NCBI GenBank assembly: GCA_964484505.1
Contig: CAZAFB010000004.1
Coordinates: 23,265-87,264, forward strand
Length of the DNA stretch: 64,000 bases
Origin: an uncultured Bdellovibrionales bacterium
Lineage (GTDB): Bacteria > Patescibacteriota > Minisyncoccia > Moranbacterales > GWC2-37-73
Direction: 5' to 3'
The notes under the pieces are model-generated. The model made no database searches. It was not told where the DNA came from and worked only from the letters and a program-made list of their open reading frames with translations. Position 1 is the first letter of the stretch. Each line of letters opens with the position of its first letter. Position numbers and translations under genes: made by a program. Positions 35,894-46,272 of the stretch are shown here, in pieces.

Positions 35894-36544
35894 ATGTCAA
35901 ATATACCTTTCGACGTGACAAATCATTTCAAGCGTGCTATCATGGTCAGTCGTATTAATCATGCTGATTATTTTGAAGAAATGGCCATCATAAAGCGCGC
36001 AACGCTCTGCAGCAAAAAAGTCGAATATACCGTGAAAAAACATCGCAAAGCCAAGCGTCTGAAATTGGCGATTTATTGCGATGGTTCTTGCGTTGTGACG
36101 GCGCCTTGGTGGATCAGCATGGAAAAAGTGGACAAGTTTGTCCGCCAGAATGCCGAGTGGGTGATTGAGAAGATGCGCAAGATGAAAAGGATCGGTCGTC
36201 AGAGCATGTTTGCCACTTCCAATCGGGAGGAATATCTCAAGCTGCGCGAAACAGCTCGCAATTTGGTGAAAAAGCGTTTGGAGATATATAACGAATACTA
36301 TGGATTCAAATATAGCCGCATTGCGATCCGTGACACCAAGACTCGCTGGGCCAGTTGCAGTTCGAAGGGTAATCTGAATTTCAATTACAAAATTCTGTTT
36401 TTGCCGCTGCGCTATGCTGATTACATCATTGTGCACGAACTGTGCCATCTGAAAGAATTCAACCATGGCAAACGTTTTTGGAATCTCGTCGCCGAAACAA
36501 TTCCGGAACATGAGAGGATCAGAGAAAAGTTGAAGGCGATGTAG
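35894..36544 (+). CDS. YgjP-like (DUF45) zinc metallohydrolase
   Basis: VHELCHLKEFNHGKRFW (HExxH). Confidence 0.7.
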   Translation: MSNIPFDVTNHFKRAIMVSRINHADYFEEMAIIKRATLCSKKVEYTVKKHRKAKRLKLAIYCDGSCVVTAPWWISMEKVDKFVRQNAEWVIEKMRKMKRIGRQSMFATSNREEYLKLRETARNLVKKRLEIYNEYYGFKYSRIAIRDTKTRWASCSSKGNLNFNYKILFLPLRYADYIIVHELCHLKEFNHGKRFWNLVAETIPEHERIREKLKAM

Positions 36545-36596
36545 TTTTTTTTGTAAAACGGGTAATATTCCAAAAATAAAATCCAAGGAGGAAGGA

Positions 36597-36815
36597 ATGG
36601 AAATCAGAGAAAAAAATGGCTCTTGTCATGTGATAAAATTACATGAAGGTGATGTGGTCCAGCTTCTAGTTCCTGCAAGTGTCGAAAGAACATGTGTCTA
36701 TCTATCGGTGATTTGTGGCAAGTTATGTATAGGGGGAGGTGCGTCTGTTATTGACGAGATTGTTGGCGAAGGAATGACCTCAAAAGTACGAGAAGGACTT
36801 TTTGATCCTTCTTGA
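36597..36815 (+). CDS. small hypothetical protein (72 aa), SD-led
   Basis: AAGGAGGAAGG SD; strong terminator downstream. Confidence 0.4.
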   Translation: MEIREKNGSCHVIKLHEGDVVQLLVPASVERTCVYLSVICGKLCIGGGASVIDEIVGEGMTSKVREGLFDPS

Positions 36816-36827
36816 ACAGACAATAAA

Positions 36828-36869
36828 TGGGCAGTTTTCAATCTTGAGAACTGCCCACTTATTTTTTTT
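36828..36869 (+). terminator. rho-independent terminator
   Basis: TGGGCAGTTTTC / GAGAACTGCCCA stem plus T8. Confidence 0.75.
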
Positions 36870-36912
36870 ATGCTATACTAATAATATAAGATTTTATTAA
36901 AAATGTTGTTTT

Positions 36913-37530
36913 ATGCAGAAATTATTTTTGGACATTGAGACGATTCCAGCAGGCGAAGAGTCGCATGAAACTTTGAAAGCTCTGTTTGATAAAAAAAGAA
37001 AAGATGACGATAAGTTTGAGGACTTTGTGGCGCGCACCTCTTTCGATGGAGCATTCGGGCAGATTTTATGTATTGGTTATGCTTTGGATAATGAGCCTGT
37101 GCAGGCTTTGTATAACAAAGACAATGAAAGAGAAACACTGAGACAATTTTGGGAACTGGCGCGTAACGCTTCGCTGTTCATTGGTCACAACGTGATGGAT
37201 TTCGATTTGCGTTTCATTTACCAACGCTCGATTGTTTTGGGTGTGCGTCCGAGCTTGGACCTTAACTTTGCCCGCTATCGCAGTAATCCGATTTACGACA
37301 CCATGAAAGAATGGGTCAAGTGGAACAATAGCAATGTCGGTCTGGAAACTTTGGCATTGGCGCTTGGCATCCCATCACCCAAAGACGGTATCGATGGTTC
37401 GCAAGTCGCCGCATTTCACGCTGCAGGAAAGGATGACGAAATTGTCGAATATTGCAAAAGAGATGTGGAAACGACTAGGGATGTTTATAAGAGGATGATA
37501 TTTGAAACGAGCAGGAATACATTGTTTTAG
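36913..37530 (+). CDS. 3'-5' exonuclease, PolB-exonuclease-like (RNase H fold)
   Basis: LFLDIETIP and FIGHNVMDFDLRF DEDD-type motifs. Confidence 0.6.
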   Translation: MQKLFLDIETIPAGEESHETLKALFDKKRKDDDKFEDFVARTSFDGAFGQILCIGYALDNEPVQALYNKDNERETLRQFWELARNASLFIGHNVMDFDLRFIYQRSIVLGVRPSLDLNFARYRSNPIYDTMKEWVKWNNSNVGLETLALALGIPSPKDGIDGSQVAAFHAAGKDDEIVEYCKRDVETTRDVYKRMIFETSRNTLF

Positions 37531-37745
37531 GTTCAGTGGTAAAGGTTAAGAAACCGGTTTCATAGAGAGGTTATGCTTTTGTTTTTAAGAGAGTAGTTAC
37601 ATAGAAAGAGGAGAATGGTACAAGAGACAGGAAAATGGAAAAAGGAGACACGGATCATTTATCTATTTTCATTTTTCCTGAACAACTTTCTTTTTTCTAT
37701 TAAACTGATTTCTTGGAGAATGGTTTAAGTTTTAACTTTTAACAT

Positions 37746-37768
37746 TAAACGATACAGGCTTCGTAACC
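37746..37768 (+). repeat. 23-nt dispersed repeat TAAACGAtacaGGCTTCGTAACC (copy 2)
   Basis: 19/23 identical to 34632-34654. Confidence 0.7.
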
Positions 37769-37822
37769 CTGACCGTTATGAAATTTGAAAGAATTGGCAA
37801 TTTAGACACGTAAACGTTAACC

Positions 37823-38143
37823 ATGACACCAATGGCGAAAATCAGGGAAAAAGTAAGATCTATTAAGCAGACAAGCGCGCAAATAGAGAAAGAAATCAGG
37901 GAAAAGACCGTGGGTTATATTGTGGCGGGTTTTTCGGTGGTTGCCGGTTTTGCTTGGAATGATGCTATCAAGGCCTTCATTGAAGAATATTTTCCGCTTT
38001 CACGTGATACCATGAAGGCGAAATTTGTCTATGCTGTATTAATAACGGCAGGGGTAGTTATTGTTTCAGTTTATTTGATGAAAATATTTAGGGTGGGAAA
38101 GAAGGAAAAAGAAAAGGATAAAGTTGAAGGAGGGGAGAAATAA
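37823..38143 (+). CDS. small membrane protein
   Basis: Two hydrophobic helices, Lys/Glu-rich tail. Confidence 0.4.
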   Translation: MTPMAKIREKVRSIKQTSAQIEKEIREKTVGYIVAGFSVVAGFAWNDAIKAFIEEYFPLSRDTMKAKFVYAVLITAGVVIVSVYLMKIFRVGKKEKEKDKVEGGEK

Positions 38144-38377
38144 AAAAGGTTGATATAATTGAGATAAGACCCGTATGTTTTTGTAAAACAGTCGAAATAA
38201 AAAAAATAAACGGGGGGATGTGTTTTTATATCAAAAAATCAACAAAATTTGATATAATCCCGTTTTTTTTGTAAATTAAATACAGTTCATTAACAACACG
38301 AAAGGAGGGCAAAAGCAACAAATCGTACCCGTGATTCAAGACATCAACCCTAATCGAAAAAGAAAAAGGAGAGTGTC

Positions 38378-39331
38378 ATGAGAAAAAGTATTTTATTGTT
38401 TACGGTTGTCGGTTTATTTTTTCTGCTTCTGATTTCAAGCGTATTTGCGTATGACGCGTGCAACGATTCTGCCCAATTTGTGCCTTGCGCAAGAGGCGGA
38501 TACAATTTTGATACGTACATATATGGAACCGGCTGGGGTAATGTGACTATATACTATCGCGCTGATTGTGCTCACGTTGGACATGAAGTAAACAATGATC
38601 CCAATATATATGACGTTGTCGTAAATAATGGAACGTGTCAACTGCAATGCGGTGTTTATGGTTGGGGCGGTTGCCAAGGAGGAGCTTCATTGGCTGGTCC
38701 TATTGTTGCGTGGGTTGGTCCTGGAGCGCCTCATCAACTTACGGTTACCCTTAATCCTGCCACAGGAGGGAGCGTAACAAGCAGTCCGGCGGGAATCGAT
38801 TGTGGAACGGATTGCCAGGAGAATCTTTCCGGGAGTGTGACGCTTGATGCTTCAGCTGCACAAAATTGGGCGTTTGGATTTTGGGACGACGGATCAACAA
38901 GTTATACCGAGAAACCAAAAACTTTCACCGTAGATTCAAACAAAACAATCACGGCGAAGTTCTTTAAAACATTTACAAACAGAGTCGGAAACTTTCAGGC
39001 CAGCACAGGCTCGACAATCGACACTGGAGAATGTGTTCCTTATGTTCGCTACGAAACCGGCGTTCCGATATATGGAGATGCCTACACATGGTATGGTCAA
39101 GCAGCTTCTGCAAATTACGCAACAAGCGCAACCGTTCCCAGGGTTGGCTCCATAATTGTGTTTGCCGTTCAAGGCGGCATGACTTCTGGACATGTTGGAA
39201 TCGTAACCTCAATTAGCGGAACTAGCTTAGGTATACGAAGCCAAAATTGGCATAATGACGGAAAAGTAAGTGACGACACTGTTGATGTGAACGGCTACAC
39301 AATTACCGGGTATATTTACTATACACCTTAG
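38378..39331 (+). CDS. secreted Cys-rich protein with C-terminal CHAP domain (cell-wall amidase/peptidase)
   Basis: Signal peptide; SD AAGGAGAG; CHAP Cys (GECVPYVRY) and His (GHVGIV); N-domain with 10 Cys. Confidence 0.65.
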   Translation: MRKSILLFTVVGLFFLLLISSVFAYDACNDSAQFVPCARGGYNFDTYIYGTGWGNVTIYYRADCAHVGHEVNNDPNIYDVVVNNGTCQLQCGVYGWGGCQGGASLAGPIVAWVGPGAPHQLTVTLNPATGGSVTSSPAGIDCGTDCQENLSGSVTLDASAAQNWAFGFWDDGSTSYTEKPKTFTVDSNKTITAKFFKTFTNRVGNFQASTGSTIDTGECVPYVRYETGVPIYGDAYTWYGQAASANYATSATVPRVGSIIVFAVQGGMTSGHVGIVTSISGTSLGIRSQNWHNDGKVSDDTVDVNGYTITGYIYYTP

Positions 39332-39357
39332 AAAAACATCCAGTACGTGATATTTCA

Positions 39358-39394
39358 AAGGGCGGAACCTAATTTGGTTTCGCCCTTCTTTTTA
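39358..39394 (+). terminator. intrinsic terminator between convergent genes
   Basis: AAGGGCGGA / TTTCGCCCTT stem plus T5. Confidence 0.65.
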
Positions 39395-39415
39395 TAAAAA
39401 GTCTTTTGAGTCAAA

Positions 39416-40102
39416 CTATTTTATAAATTTAAAAGAAGAAAGTAGTTTTATAAAGTTAGTCTTGTTGGAAGGCGTGGAATCATCACCATATATAGTTATA
39501 ATATTTTTTTCATAAATTACAACTGATACAGAATTTCCACTATCGGTAGGATTTTGAATCGAATATTTTTTTGCCTGCTCGCCACCAATATTTATGTTTG
39601 TAACAATAATTTTTTTATCTGTGTTTTTATATCTCTCCAAGGCACTGTCAAAAGCTTGATCTAGCGATATATTGTTCACATTTGCAGTAACGGTAACATT
39701 GTATGCCCAATGTCCGTCTGGCTTATCGCTTAGTCCAAAAACGCTGTCGGTTGAGTTCTGAGTAATTACTAGATCACTCGGGAATTCAAACTCGAAACCA
39801 AATGTTTTGTTGATATATTTTTTCATTTCATCATTACTGCCTTTAGCTGCTTGGAGTTGCTGTGCTTGATCTCGCTGATTAGCTGTTGGTTTTTGCAATT
39901 TTTTGATTCCAACCACATTTTGTGATTGCCCCACGCCTTTCTGATTTTTCTCAATCTTCCACACAAACACCCCCACCGTAATTGCAATTACGATAATTAT
40001 GAACGTTCCAACAATGGTTGGGATTTTTTTGTTATCCATTTTTTTGTCTTTTAAATCCGTTTTGATTACGTTTGTATTATACCACAAAAAAAATCCCGCC
40101 AA
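39416..40102 (-). CDS. membrane-anchored hypothetical protein (true start probably the internal Met near 40039)
   Basis: Single N-terminal TM; the ORF start overlaps the rpmB terminator. Confidence 0.4.
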   Translation of the reverse strand: MAGFFLWYNTNVIKTDLKDKKMDNKKIPTIVGTFIIIVIAITVGVFVWKIEKNQKGVGQSQNVVGIKKLQKPTANQRDQAQQLQAAKGSNDEMKKYINKTFGFEFEFPSDLVITQNSTDSVFGLSDKPDGHWAYNVTVTANVNNISLDQAFDSALERYKNTDKKIIVTNINIGGEQAKKYSIQNPTDSGNSVSVVIYEKNIITIYGDDSTPSNKTNFIKLLSSFKFIK

Positions 40103-40110
40103 AGCGGGAT
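40083..40110 (-). terminator. rho-independent terminator of rpmB
   Basis: ATCCCGC-caaa-GCGGGAT hairpin; on the minus strand it is followed by T8. Confidence 0.75.
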
Positions 40111-40141
40111 GTTTTCAAAAGGCTGCTAAATTTCGTGTCGA

Positions 40142-40309
40142 TTATTTATTGCTGGTTTTGAGACATTTGCTGCAAGCTTTCACTTTCTTGCCGTCGATCT
40201 TCTTGCTTTGCAGATTGATCTTGAAAGTCCTCTTGGTCGCAATATTGGAGTGGCTGCGCGAATTTCCAGTCTTAGTCCCGCGCCCACAGATTTGGCAGGT
40301 CTTACTCAT
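40142..40309 (-). CDS. rpmB: 50S ribosomal protein L28 (absent from the ORF track, 55 aa)
   Basis: Reverse translation MSKTCQICGRGTKTGNSRSHSNIATKRTFKINLQSKKIDGKKVKACSKCLKTSNK matches the L28 signature. Confidence 0.85.
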   Translation of the reverse strand: MSKTCQICGRGTKTGNSRSHSNIATKRTFKINLQSKKIDGKKVKACSKCLKTSNK

Positions 40310-40465
40310 TTCATTTAAAGCGCTAAATTGATTCGAGTCATTCAGGAAAATATTCCAATGCCCCTAATAAAAATAACGCGAATGTGCTGTTGATTTATTA
40401 CAGAAAGCATTGTAGCATTGATTAAGTGATTTGGCAAGAGAAACAGATAAACTTGTAATAACATT

Positions 40466-41155
40466 ATGTCTCAAGAAATTATCCTTATTGCATTCTATAT
40501 TGTAATTTTTCTTTATTCGGTCATCGTCCATGAGGTGATGCATGGCTTTGTAGCTCTTAAATTTGGCGATAGTACTGCTAAATATGCGGGTCGTCTGAAT
40601 TTGAATCCTGTAAAACACATCGATCCTTGGGGCTCTGTCGTGGTGCCGCTTCTGATGTATCTTACTTTCGGTTTTCCTTTCGGTTGGGCGAAGCCAGTGC
40701 CGTACAATCCATATAATCTTCGTGACCAAAAATGGGGGCCAGCATTAGTTGCTTTGGGCGGACCACTTTCCAACATAATTCTTGCTTTGGTGGCTGTGCT
40801 TGTAGCTAGAATAATTTCAATCCCCACACCTCTCAAGATTGAGATTGTACGCAATCTTAATGATTTTTCCAATCTCTCCACGGTTATTGCCGGCTCGGTA
40901 GGTTCAATCTTCTTTGCGTTGTTGATCATGATTGTTTTTTGGAACGTACTTTTGGCATTTTTTAATTTGATTCCTTTTCCTCCTCTGGATGGTTCTAAAA
41001 TTATTTTGGCAATTTTTCCAATCAAAACAGAGACCATGATTCTTCTTGAGAATCTAGGTTTTCTGCTTCTTTTGGTTTTTATCTTCGTTTTTTCCGGCCC
41101 CTTGGGCACTTTCCTCAACTTCATGCTCAACCTTTTCTTTTCTTTGGCACTGTAA
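40466..41155 (+). CDS. site-2 protease family (peptidase M50) membrane metalloprotease
   Basis: HEVMHG within a TM helix; polytopic. Confidence 0.6.
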   Translation: MSQEIILIAFYIVIFLYSVIVHEVMHGFVALKFGDSTAKYAGRLNLNPVKHIDPWGSVVVPLLMYLTFGFPFGWAKPVPYNPYNLRDQKWGPALVALGGPLSNIILALVAVLVARIISIPTPLKIEIVRNLNDFSNLSTVIAGSVGSIFFALLIMIVFWNVLLAFFNLIPFPPLDGSKIILAIFPIKTETMILLENLGFLLLLVFIFVFSGPLGTFLNFMLNLFFSLAL

Positions 41156-41360
41156 TTATCTCAAAGCTTTGTTTTAGAATTTTGGCGTTGTTGACATATT
41201 TCTTCAAATCGTTTATTATATTTTTGCTGGGTTTCCAGCTTAATTTAAGCCAATTTTTTGGCGGACCGCTCGTATTTTTTCGCCGAGTGCAGGCAAAAAG
41301 ATACGAAAGACAGAGCTGTTGCGGTTCGTACGTTTTTGTTATTCATAATTTAAAAGAGAC

Positions 41361-41783
41361 ATGCCAACAATAAATCAGTTAGTGAAGAGAAAAAGAAAGA
41401 CGGCTGCCAAGAAATCAAAATCTCCGGCAATGACCATGATTTTCAATTCACTCAAAAATCGTCCGAAAAAAACTACCAGCCCATATAAGCGCGGTGTTTG
41501 TATTAAGGTGGGAACAACAACTCCAAAAAAGCCTAACTCGGCGCTTCGCAAAATCGCTCGTGTGAGACTTACCAACGGAATGGAAGTAACAGCATATATC
41601 CCGGGTGTGGGACACAATTTGCAGGAACACTCCATTGTGATGATTCGCGGAGGACGCGTGAAAGATCTTCCGGGTGTACGCTATCACATCGTGCGCGGTG
41701 TTTTGGACAGCGCAGGAGTCGAAGGCAGAAACCGCGGACGCTCCAAATATGGTGCCAAGAGACCGAAAGCAAAGACGGAATAA
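41361..41783 (+). CDS. rpsL: 30S ribosomal protein S12 (with an N-terminal insertion of about 15 aa)
   Basis: PTINQLV...KRGVC...[10 protein letters not shown]...GHNLQEHS signature. Confidence 0.9.
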   Translation: MPTINQLVKRKRKTAAKKSKSPAMTMIFNSLKNRPKKTTSPYKRGVCIKVGTTTPKKPNSALRKIARVRLTNGMEVTAYIPGVGHNLQEHSIVMIRGGRVKDLPGVRYHIVRGVLDSAGVEGRNRGRSKYGAKRPKAKTE

Positions 41784-41882
41784 TATAAATCCCGAATCGA
41801 CACGAATTGTATCGCGAATAATCGCTAATACATTCGGGAATATTCGTGAAATAATTAGAGTAAATTAGCGATTCATAACATT
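41784..41882 (+). repeat. intergenic phased-repeat element
   Basis: CGAAT-type and TTAGNG-type repeats ending at the rpsG ATG. Confidence 0.6.
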
Positions 41883-42350
41883 ATGGCTAGAAGAAAAAGG
41901 ATATATGTAAAAAAATGGCAGGCGGATTCTCGTTATGGCAATCTGCTGGTCGGTCGTTTTATCGGGCAGCTTATGCGCGATGGCAAAAGAAGCACTGCCG
42001 AGAAAGTTATTTATGATGCTTTCGATGTAATTCACCAGCGCACCAAAAAAGGCGGACTTAATGTTTTTGAGCAAGCTATCAAGAACGTATCGCCGCTTTT
42101 GGAACTCAAATCAAAGCGCGTCGGTGGTGCCAACTATCAGGTGCCGATCCAGGTTAATGGCGAACGACGTCAGACTTTGGCGATCCGTTGGATTATGGCC
42201 GCTTGCAAATCCAAAAAAGGAAAGCGTATGGCTGAAAAACTTGCCGATGAACTGATTGATGCTTCAAATAAAGTTGGCTCCGCAATGAAAAAGCGTGAAG
42301 ACGTGCATCGCATGGCAGATGCCAACAAGGCATTCGCGCACTTCGCGTAG
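41883..42350 (+). CDS. rpsG: 30S ribosomal protein S7
   Basis: S7 family sequence. Confidence 0.9.
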   Translation: MARRKRIYVKKWQADSRYGNLLVGRFIGQLMRDGKRSTAEKVIYDAFDVIHQRTKKGGLNVFEQAIKNVSPLLELKSKRVGGANYQVPIQVNGERRQTLAIRWIMAACKSKKGKRMAEKLADELIDASNKVGSAMKKREDVHRMADANKAFAHFA

Positions 42351-42590
42351 TTTCTACGAAGTACGAACATTTACGAATGTACGAAAACAGAGAATAGCAA
42401 TTTAAAAGGCTGAATTTGAAGTTTCAATTCAATTATAAATGTCTAAATTTTAAAACATTTAGCATTTAGTAAATTAAAATTCATTTCAAATTTAAAATTT
42501 TAAACTTAAAATTATTCTAGCTGTTGTATCTTGGTTATTTGCAAAATATTTTTTAGTTTCAATCAATAAGAAAATATATTAAACAAACTT

Positions 42591-44669
42591 ATGGCATCTG
42601 ATATTTCCAAACTACGCAATATCGGTATTATCGCCCATATCGATGGAGGGAAGACTACTACGACGGAACGCATTTTGTTCTACACCGGAATCACTCACAA
42701 GATTGGTGAAGTGCATGAAGGTGAGGCGACCATGGACTGGATGGAACAGGAACGCGAGCGCGGTATTACCATCACTTCCGCTGCAACCAAATGTGAGTGG
42801 AAAGGTCATCCGATCAACATCATTGACACCCCGGGACACGTGGACTTCACTGTGGAAGTGGAGCGCTCTTTGCGTGTGCTTGATGGTGCGGTGGTTATTT
42901 TCGACGGCAAAGAAGGTGTGGAGCCGCAGTCTGAAACCGTGTGGCGCCAAGCTGATAAATACAATGTGCCTCGTATCTGCTTTGTAAACAAAATCGACAA
43001 GGAAGGTGCGGATTTCAACTTCGTGCTCGGTTCTATTTGGAATCGTTTAACTCCAAACGCTTTGGCGTTGCAAATGCCAATCGGTGAGCGCGGTGATTTT
43101 TCCGGTGTGGTCGATTTGATCAAAATGAAAGCCTACAAATTTGAAGGCGCGATGGGTGAAAATGTTATTGAATATGAAATCCCTGCTGAGCTTTTGGATC
43201 AAGCAAAAGAATGGCGTGAAAAAATGGTGGAAAGAATTTCCGAAACGGATGACGCGCTGACAGAAAAATTTTTGAATGGCGAAGAAATTTCCGAAGCGGA
43301 ACTCAAAACCGCGCTTCGCAATGCTGTGATTGCAGTTAAGCTGGTTCCTGTATTCACTGGAACAGCTCTTCGCAACAAGGGTGTGCAGTTGGTACTTGAT
43401 GCGGTTGTTGATTATTTGCCAAGCCCGATTGACATTCCGGCTGTTAAAGGAACAAATCCGAAAAACAACGAAGAGGTGGAAAGAAAAGCTGATGACACCG
43501 AACCATTTTCCGCACTTGCTTTCAAAGTGGCAACCGATCCTTTTGTGGGTCAACTTACATTCTTTCGCGTATATTCAGGAACGCTGAAAGCTGGTTCATA
43601 TGTAATGAATTCAACCAAAGGTGAAAAGGAACGCATCGGACGTATTTTGCAGATGCATGCCAATCATCGTGAAGAAATCGATGAAATCACTGCTGGTGGA
43701 ATCGGCGCGTTGGTAGGAATGAAAAATACCACGACTGGTGATACGCTTTGTGATGAACAAAAACAAGTGGTTTTGGAAAACATCGTGTTTCCGGAACCTG
43801 TTATTGATATCGCGGTGGAACCAAAGACGAAAGCTGATCAGGAAAAGATGGGCATGGCTCTTCGCAAATTGGCTCAAGAAGATCCGACACTCAGGCTGCG
43901 CACTGATGAAGAGAGCGGTCAGACAATCATTTCCGGAATGGGCGAGCTTCATTTGGATATCATTATCGACCGCATGAAACGTGAGTTCAAGGTTGAAGCA
44001 AACATTGGTCAGCCGCAAGTGGCATATCGTGAAACGATCAAGACTGCTGCGCAAGCCGAAGGAAAATATGTTCGTCAATCCGGAGGACGCGGACAATATG
44101 GTCATTGCTGGCTCAAAGTTGAACCTCAGGAAGAAGCTGGCAAGGGATTTGAATTCGTTGATGAAATCAAAGGTGGTGTTATTCCGCAAGAATATATTCC
44201 TGCTGTGCAAAAGGGTGCCAAGGAAGCTTTGGAAAACGGTGTCATTGCCGGTTATCCGATGGTTGACGTGAAAGTAACACTTTATGATGGTTCCTTCCAT
44301 GAAGTGGACTCTTCGGAAGCTGCTTTCAAAATTGCCGGATCTTTGGCGATCCAGGAAGCAACCAAACGCGCCAATCCTGTTTTGCTTGAACCGATGATGA
44401 GCGTGCAGGTGATCACCCCGGAACAATTCATGGGTGATGTGGTGGGTGATGTAAATTCCCGTCGCGGTATGATCAAGGAAATCAATGATCGCGGAGAAGG
44501 CAATGCGCGCGTGAAAGAAATCAACGCGGAAGTGCCGTTGGCTTCGATGTTCGGCTATGCGACGCAGCTTCGCTCCATGACGCAAGGACGCGCCAGCTAT
44601 TCCATGGAATTCGGACACTACAGCGAAGTGCCGAAGTCGATTGCGGAGACGATCGCTTCTAAAAAATAG
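42591..44669 (+). CDS. fusA: elongation factor G
   Basis: [23 protein letters not shown], full EF-G domain series. Confidence 0.95.
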   Translation: MASDISKLRNIGIIAHIDGGKTTTTERILFYTGITHKIGEVHEGEATMDWMEQERERGITITSAATKCEWKGHPINIIDTPGHVDFTVEVERSLRVLDGAVVIFDGKEGVEPQSETVWRQADKYNVPRICFVNKIDKEGADFNFVLGSIWNRLTPNALALQMPIGERGDFSGVVDLIKMKAYKFEGAMGENVIEYEIPAELLDQAKEWREKMVERISETDDALTEKFLNGEEISEAELKTALRNAVIAVKLVPVFTGTALRNKGVQLVLDAVVDYLPSPIDIPAVKGTNPKNNEEVERKADDTEPFSALAFKVATDPFVGQLTFFRVYSGTLKAGSYVMNSTKGEKERIGRILQMHANHREEIDEITAGGIGALVGMKNTTTGDTLCDEQKQVVLENIVFPEPVIDIAVEPKTKADQEKMGMALRKLAQEDPTLRLRTDEESGQTIISGMGELHLDIIIDRMKREFKVEANIGQPQVAYRETIKTAAQAEGKYVRQSGGRGQYGHCWLKVEPQEEAGKGFEFVDEIKGGVIPQEYIPAVQKGAKEALENGVIAGYPMVDVKVTLYDGSFHEVDSSEAAFKIAGSLAIQEATKRANPVLLEPMMSVQVITPEQFMGDVVGDVNSRRGMIKEINDRGEGNARVKEINAEVPLASMFGYATQLRSMTQGRASYSMEFGHYSEVPKSIAETIASKK

Positions 44670-44740
44670 AACTCGCGAATTTGCACGAATAAAATTCAAC
44701 GAATAATCGCGAATAGGATTCATTCGATACTATAGGGAAG

Positions 44741-44765
44741 GCGGCCTCGAGAGAGGCCGCTTTTT
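44741..44765 (+). terminator. rho-independent terminator (GCGGCCTC-gaga-GAGGCCGC plus T5)
   Basis: Perfect 8-bp stem; twin of the hairpin at 45584. Confidence 0.8.
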
Positions 44766-44766
44766 C

Positions 44767-45555
44767 TTGTCCGAATTGATAGATGGGTTTAGACTTGGGG
44801 GAGATGGGTATAGGTATGATGAGTGGAGGAATTTTGAAGTAGTTATTGAGAAGGCAAGGATTGCCCGTGAGAGAGCCAGGCAAAAGGCCTTGGACCATTT
44901 TGTTGGCGCCAACAAAATGGTTGATCTGGGGTCAGGAAGCAAGCGGGAGGTGAATGATATTATGCTCACCCGTTACGCTTGCTATCTCATTGCCCAAAAT
45001 GGAGATCCGCGAAAGAATGAAATTGCTTTCGCTATGACCTATTTTGCAGTGCAGACCAGAAAGCAAGAAATAGTCGAGCAGCGATTGGCAGAGTGGGAGC
45101 GCGTGCAAGCGCGGGAAAAATTATTGCTTTCAGAAAAAGAACTTTCGGGAGTTTTGTTTGAGCGCGGGGTTGATAGTCAGGGATTCGCTCGCATTCGCAG
45201 CAAAGGCGATGCGGCATTATTTGGTGGTTATACCACACAAGATATGAAAAACCGTTTGGGTGTGCCGGACAAAAGACCATTAGCTGATTTCTTGCCATCG
45301 GTGACGATTAAAGCCAAAGACTTGGCAAATGAAATTACCAATCATAATGTCAAAACCAACAAGGCACTTCAGGGAGAAGTCATCATCACGGGTGAACATG
45401 TGAAAAACAATCGCAATATGCGTGAAATGTTGGGCAAGAGCGGAATTGAACCGGAAAACTTACCACCAGAAGAAGATGTAAAAAAGCTTGGGAGAAAATT
45501 GAAATCAGAGGATAGAAAATTACCAAGGAATGCGAGCAAAATAAAACAAAGTTAA
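44767..45555 (+). CDS. DinD-like DNA-damage-inducible / phage-associated protein, apparently lacking the usual N-terminal region
   Basis: WRNF, DHFVGANKMVDLGSGSKRE, LTRYACYLIAQNGDPRK, TYFAVQTRKQE, FGGYTTQD resemble E. coli DinD; only a TTG start sits directly after the terminator. Confidence 0.5.
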   Translation: MSELIDGFRLGGDGYRYDEWRNFEVVIEKARIARERARQKALDHFVGANKMVDLGSGSKREVNDIMLTRYACYLIAQNGDPRKNEIAFAMTYFAVQTRKQEIVEQRLAEWERVQAREKLLLSEKELSGVLFERGVDSQGFARIRSKGDAALFGGYTTQDMKNRLGVPDKRPLADFLPSVTIKAKDLANEITNHNVKTNKALQGEVIITGEHVKNNRNMREMLGKSGIEPENLPPEEDVKKLGRKLKSEDRKLPRNASKIKQS

Positions 45556-45583
45556 CTTCAAATTGGAATATAAGTGAGTTACG

Positions 45584-45609
45584 GCAGCCTCGAGAGAGGC
45601 TGCTTTTTT
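45584..45609 (+). terminator. rho-independent terminator (GCAGCCTC-gaga-GAGGCTGC plus T6)
   Basis: Differs from the 44741 hairpin by one compensatory base-pair change. Confidence 0.8.
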
Positions 45610-45865
45610 AGTGAAAGAAAATGGGGTATTGACCGGTATATAATAATGGGTATATATTCATAATATATTCCACATTAAGAATTTATATGTAGTCCGCCAT
45701 TTTTCCGAATCAATTTCTGTGAAGGATAAAGTTTGATTCGCGGGTTTCGACTTCGTCTTGCACTTGGTTAACATGGAATCAATGCGAGAAAAATCGGCGG
45801 ACGCTCAAATTTGTAGCAAAATTTTTTAAAAATTTTGACAAATTTGGCGAAGGGAGGTGATATTT

Positions 45866-46120
45866 ATGCCAAAACAAGACGGAACAGGACCAAGAGGAAT
45901 GGGTCCGATGACCGGTCGGGGAATGGGTCCATGCGCAGGAGCATATGGTCCGGGACTCGGCTTGGGTCGCGGATATGGTCGCGCGATGTGCGGCTGGTTC
46001 TATCGCCAATATCGGGAAATGCCCAAAGAAGAACGCGCGCAAATTCTGAAAGAAGAAATTGAAGATCTCAAAGGAGAATTGGAAATGGCGGAAAAAGAAC
46101 TGGCCGAATTGGAGAAATAG
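45866..46120 (+). CDS. DUF5320-like small protein (Gly/Pro-rich N-terminus, C-terminal coiled coil)
   Basis: MPKQDGTGPRGMGPMTGRGMGPCAG; SD AGGGAGG 9 nt upstream. Confidence 0.5.
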   Translation: MPKQDGTGPRGMGPMTGRGMGPCAGAYGPGLGLGRGYGRAMCGWFYRQYREMPKEERAQILKEEIEDLKGELEMAEKELAELEK

Positions 46121-46272
46121 CGGAAACGACCTTTCTCCTTCTTCATCCCAAGAGGAAGGAGGAGGTTGTTTCTGGCAGTGGTGATATAATGGAAATATGG
46201 CGGGATGATGGCATGCTGCGGATTATATTGCTATGCATTGTGTTAATGCAATAATATTTTAATGAAAAATGA

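Noticed and set aside
45835-45863. TTGACA / TGATAT promoter pairing immediately upstream of the DUF5320 gene
   Set aside because: It would place the transcription start downstream of the gene's Shine-Dalgarno and start codon. A promoter further upstream (TTGACC / TATAAT-like around 45625-45660) is more plausible.
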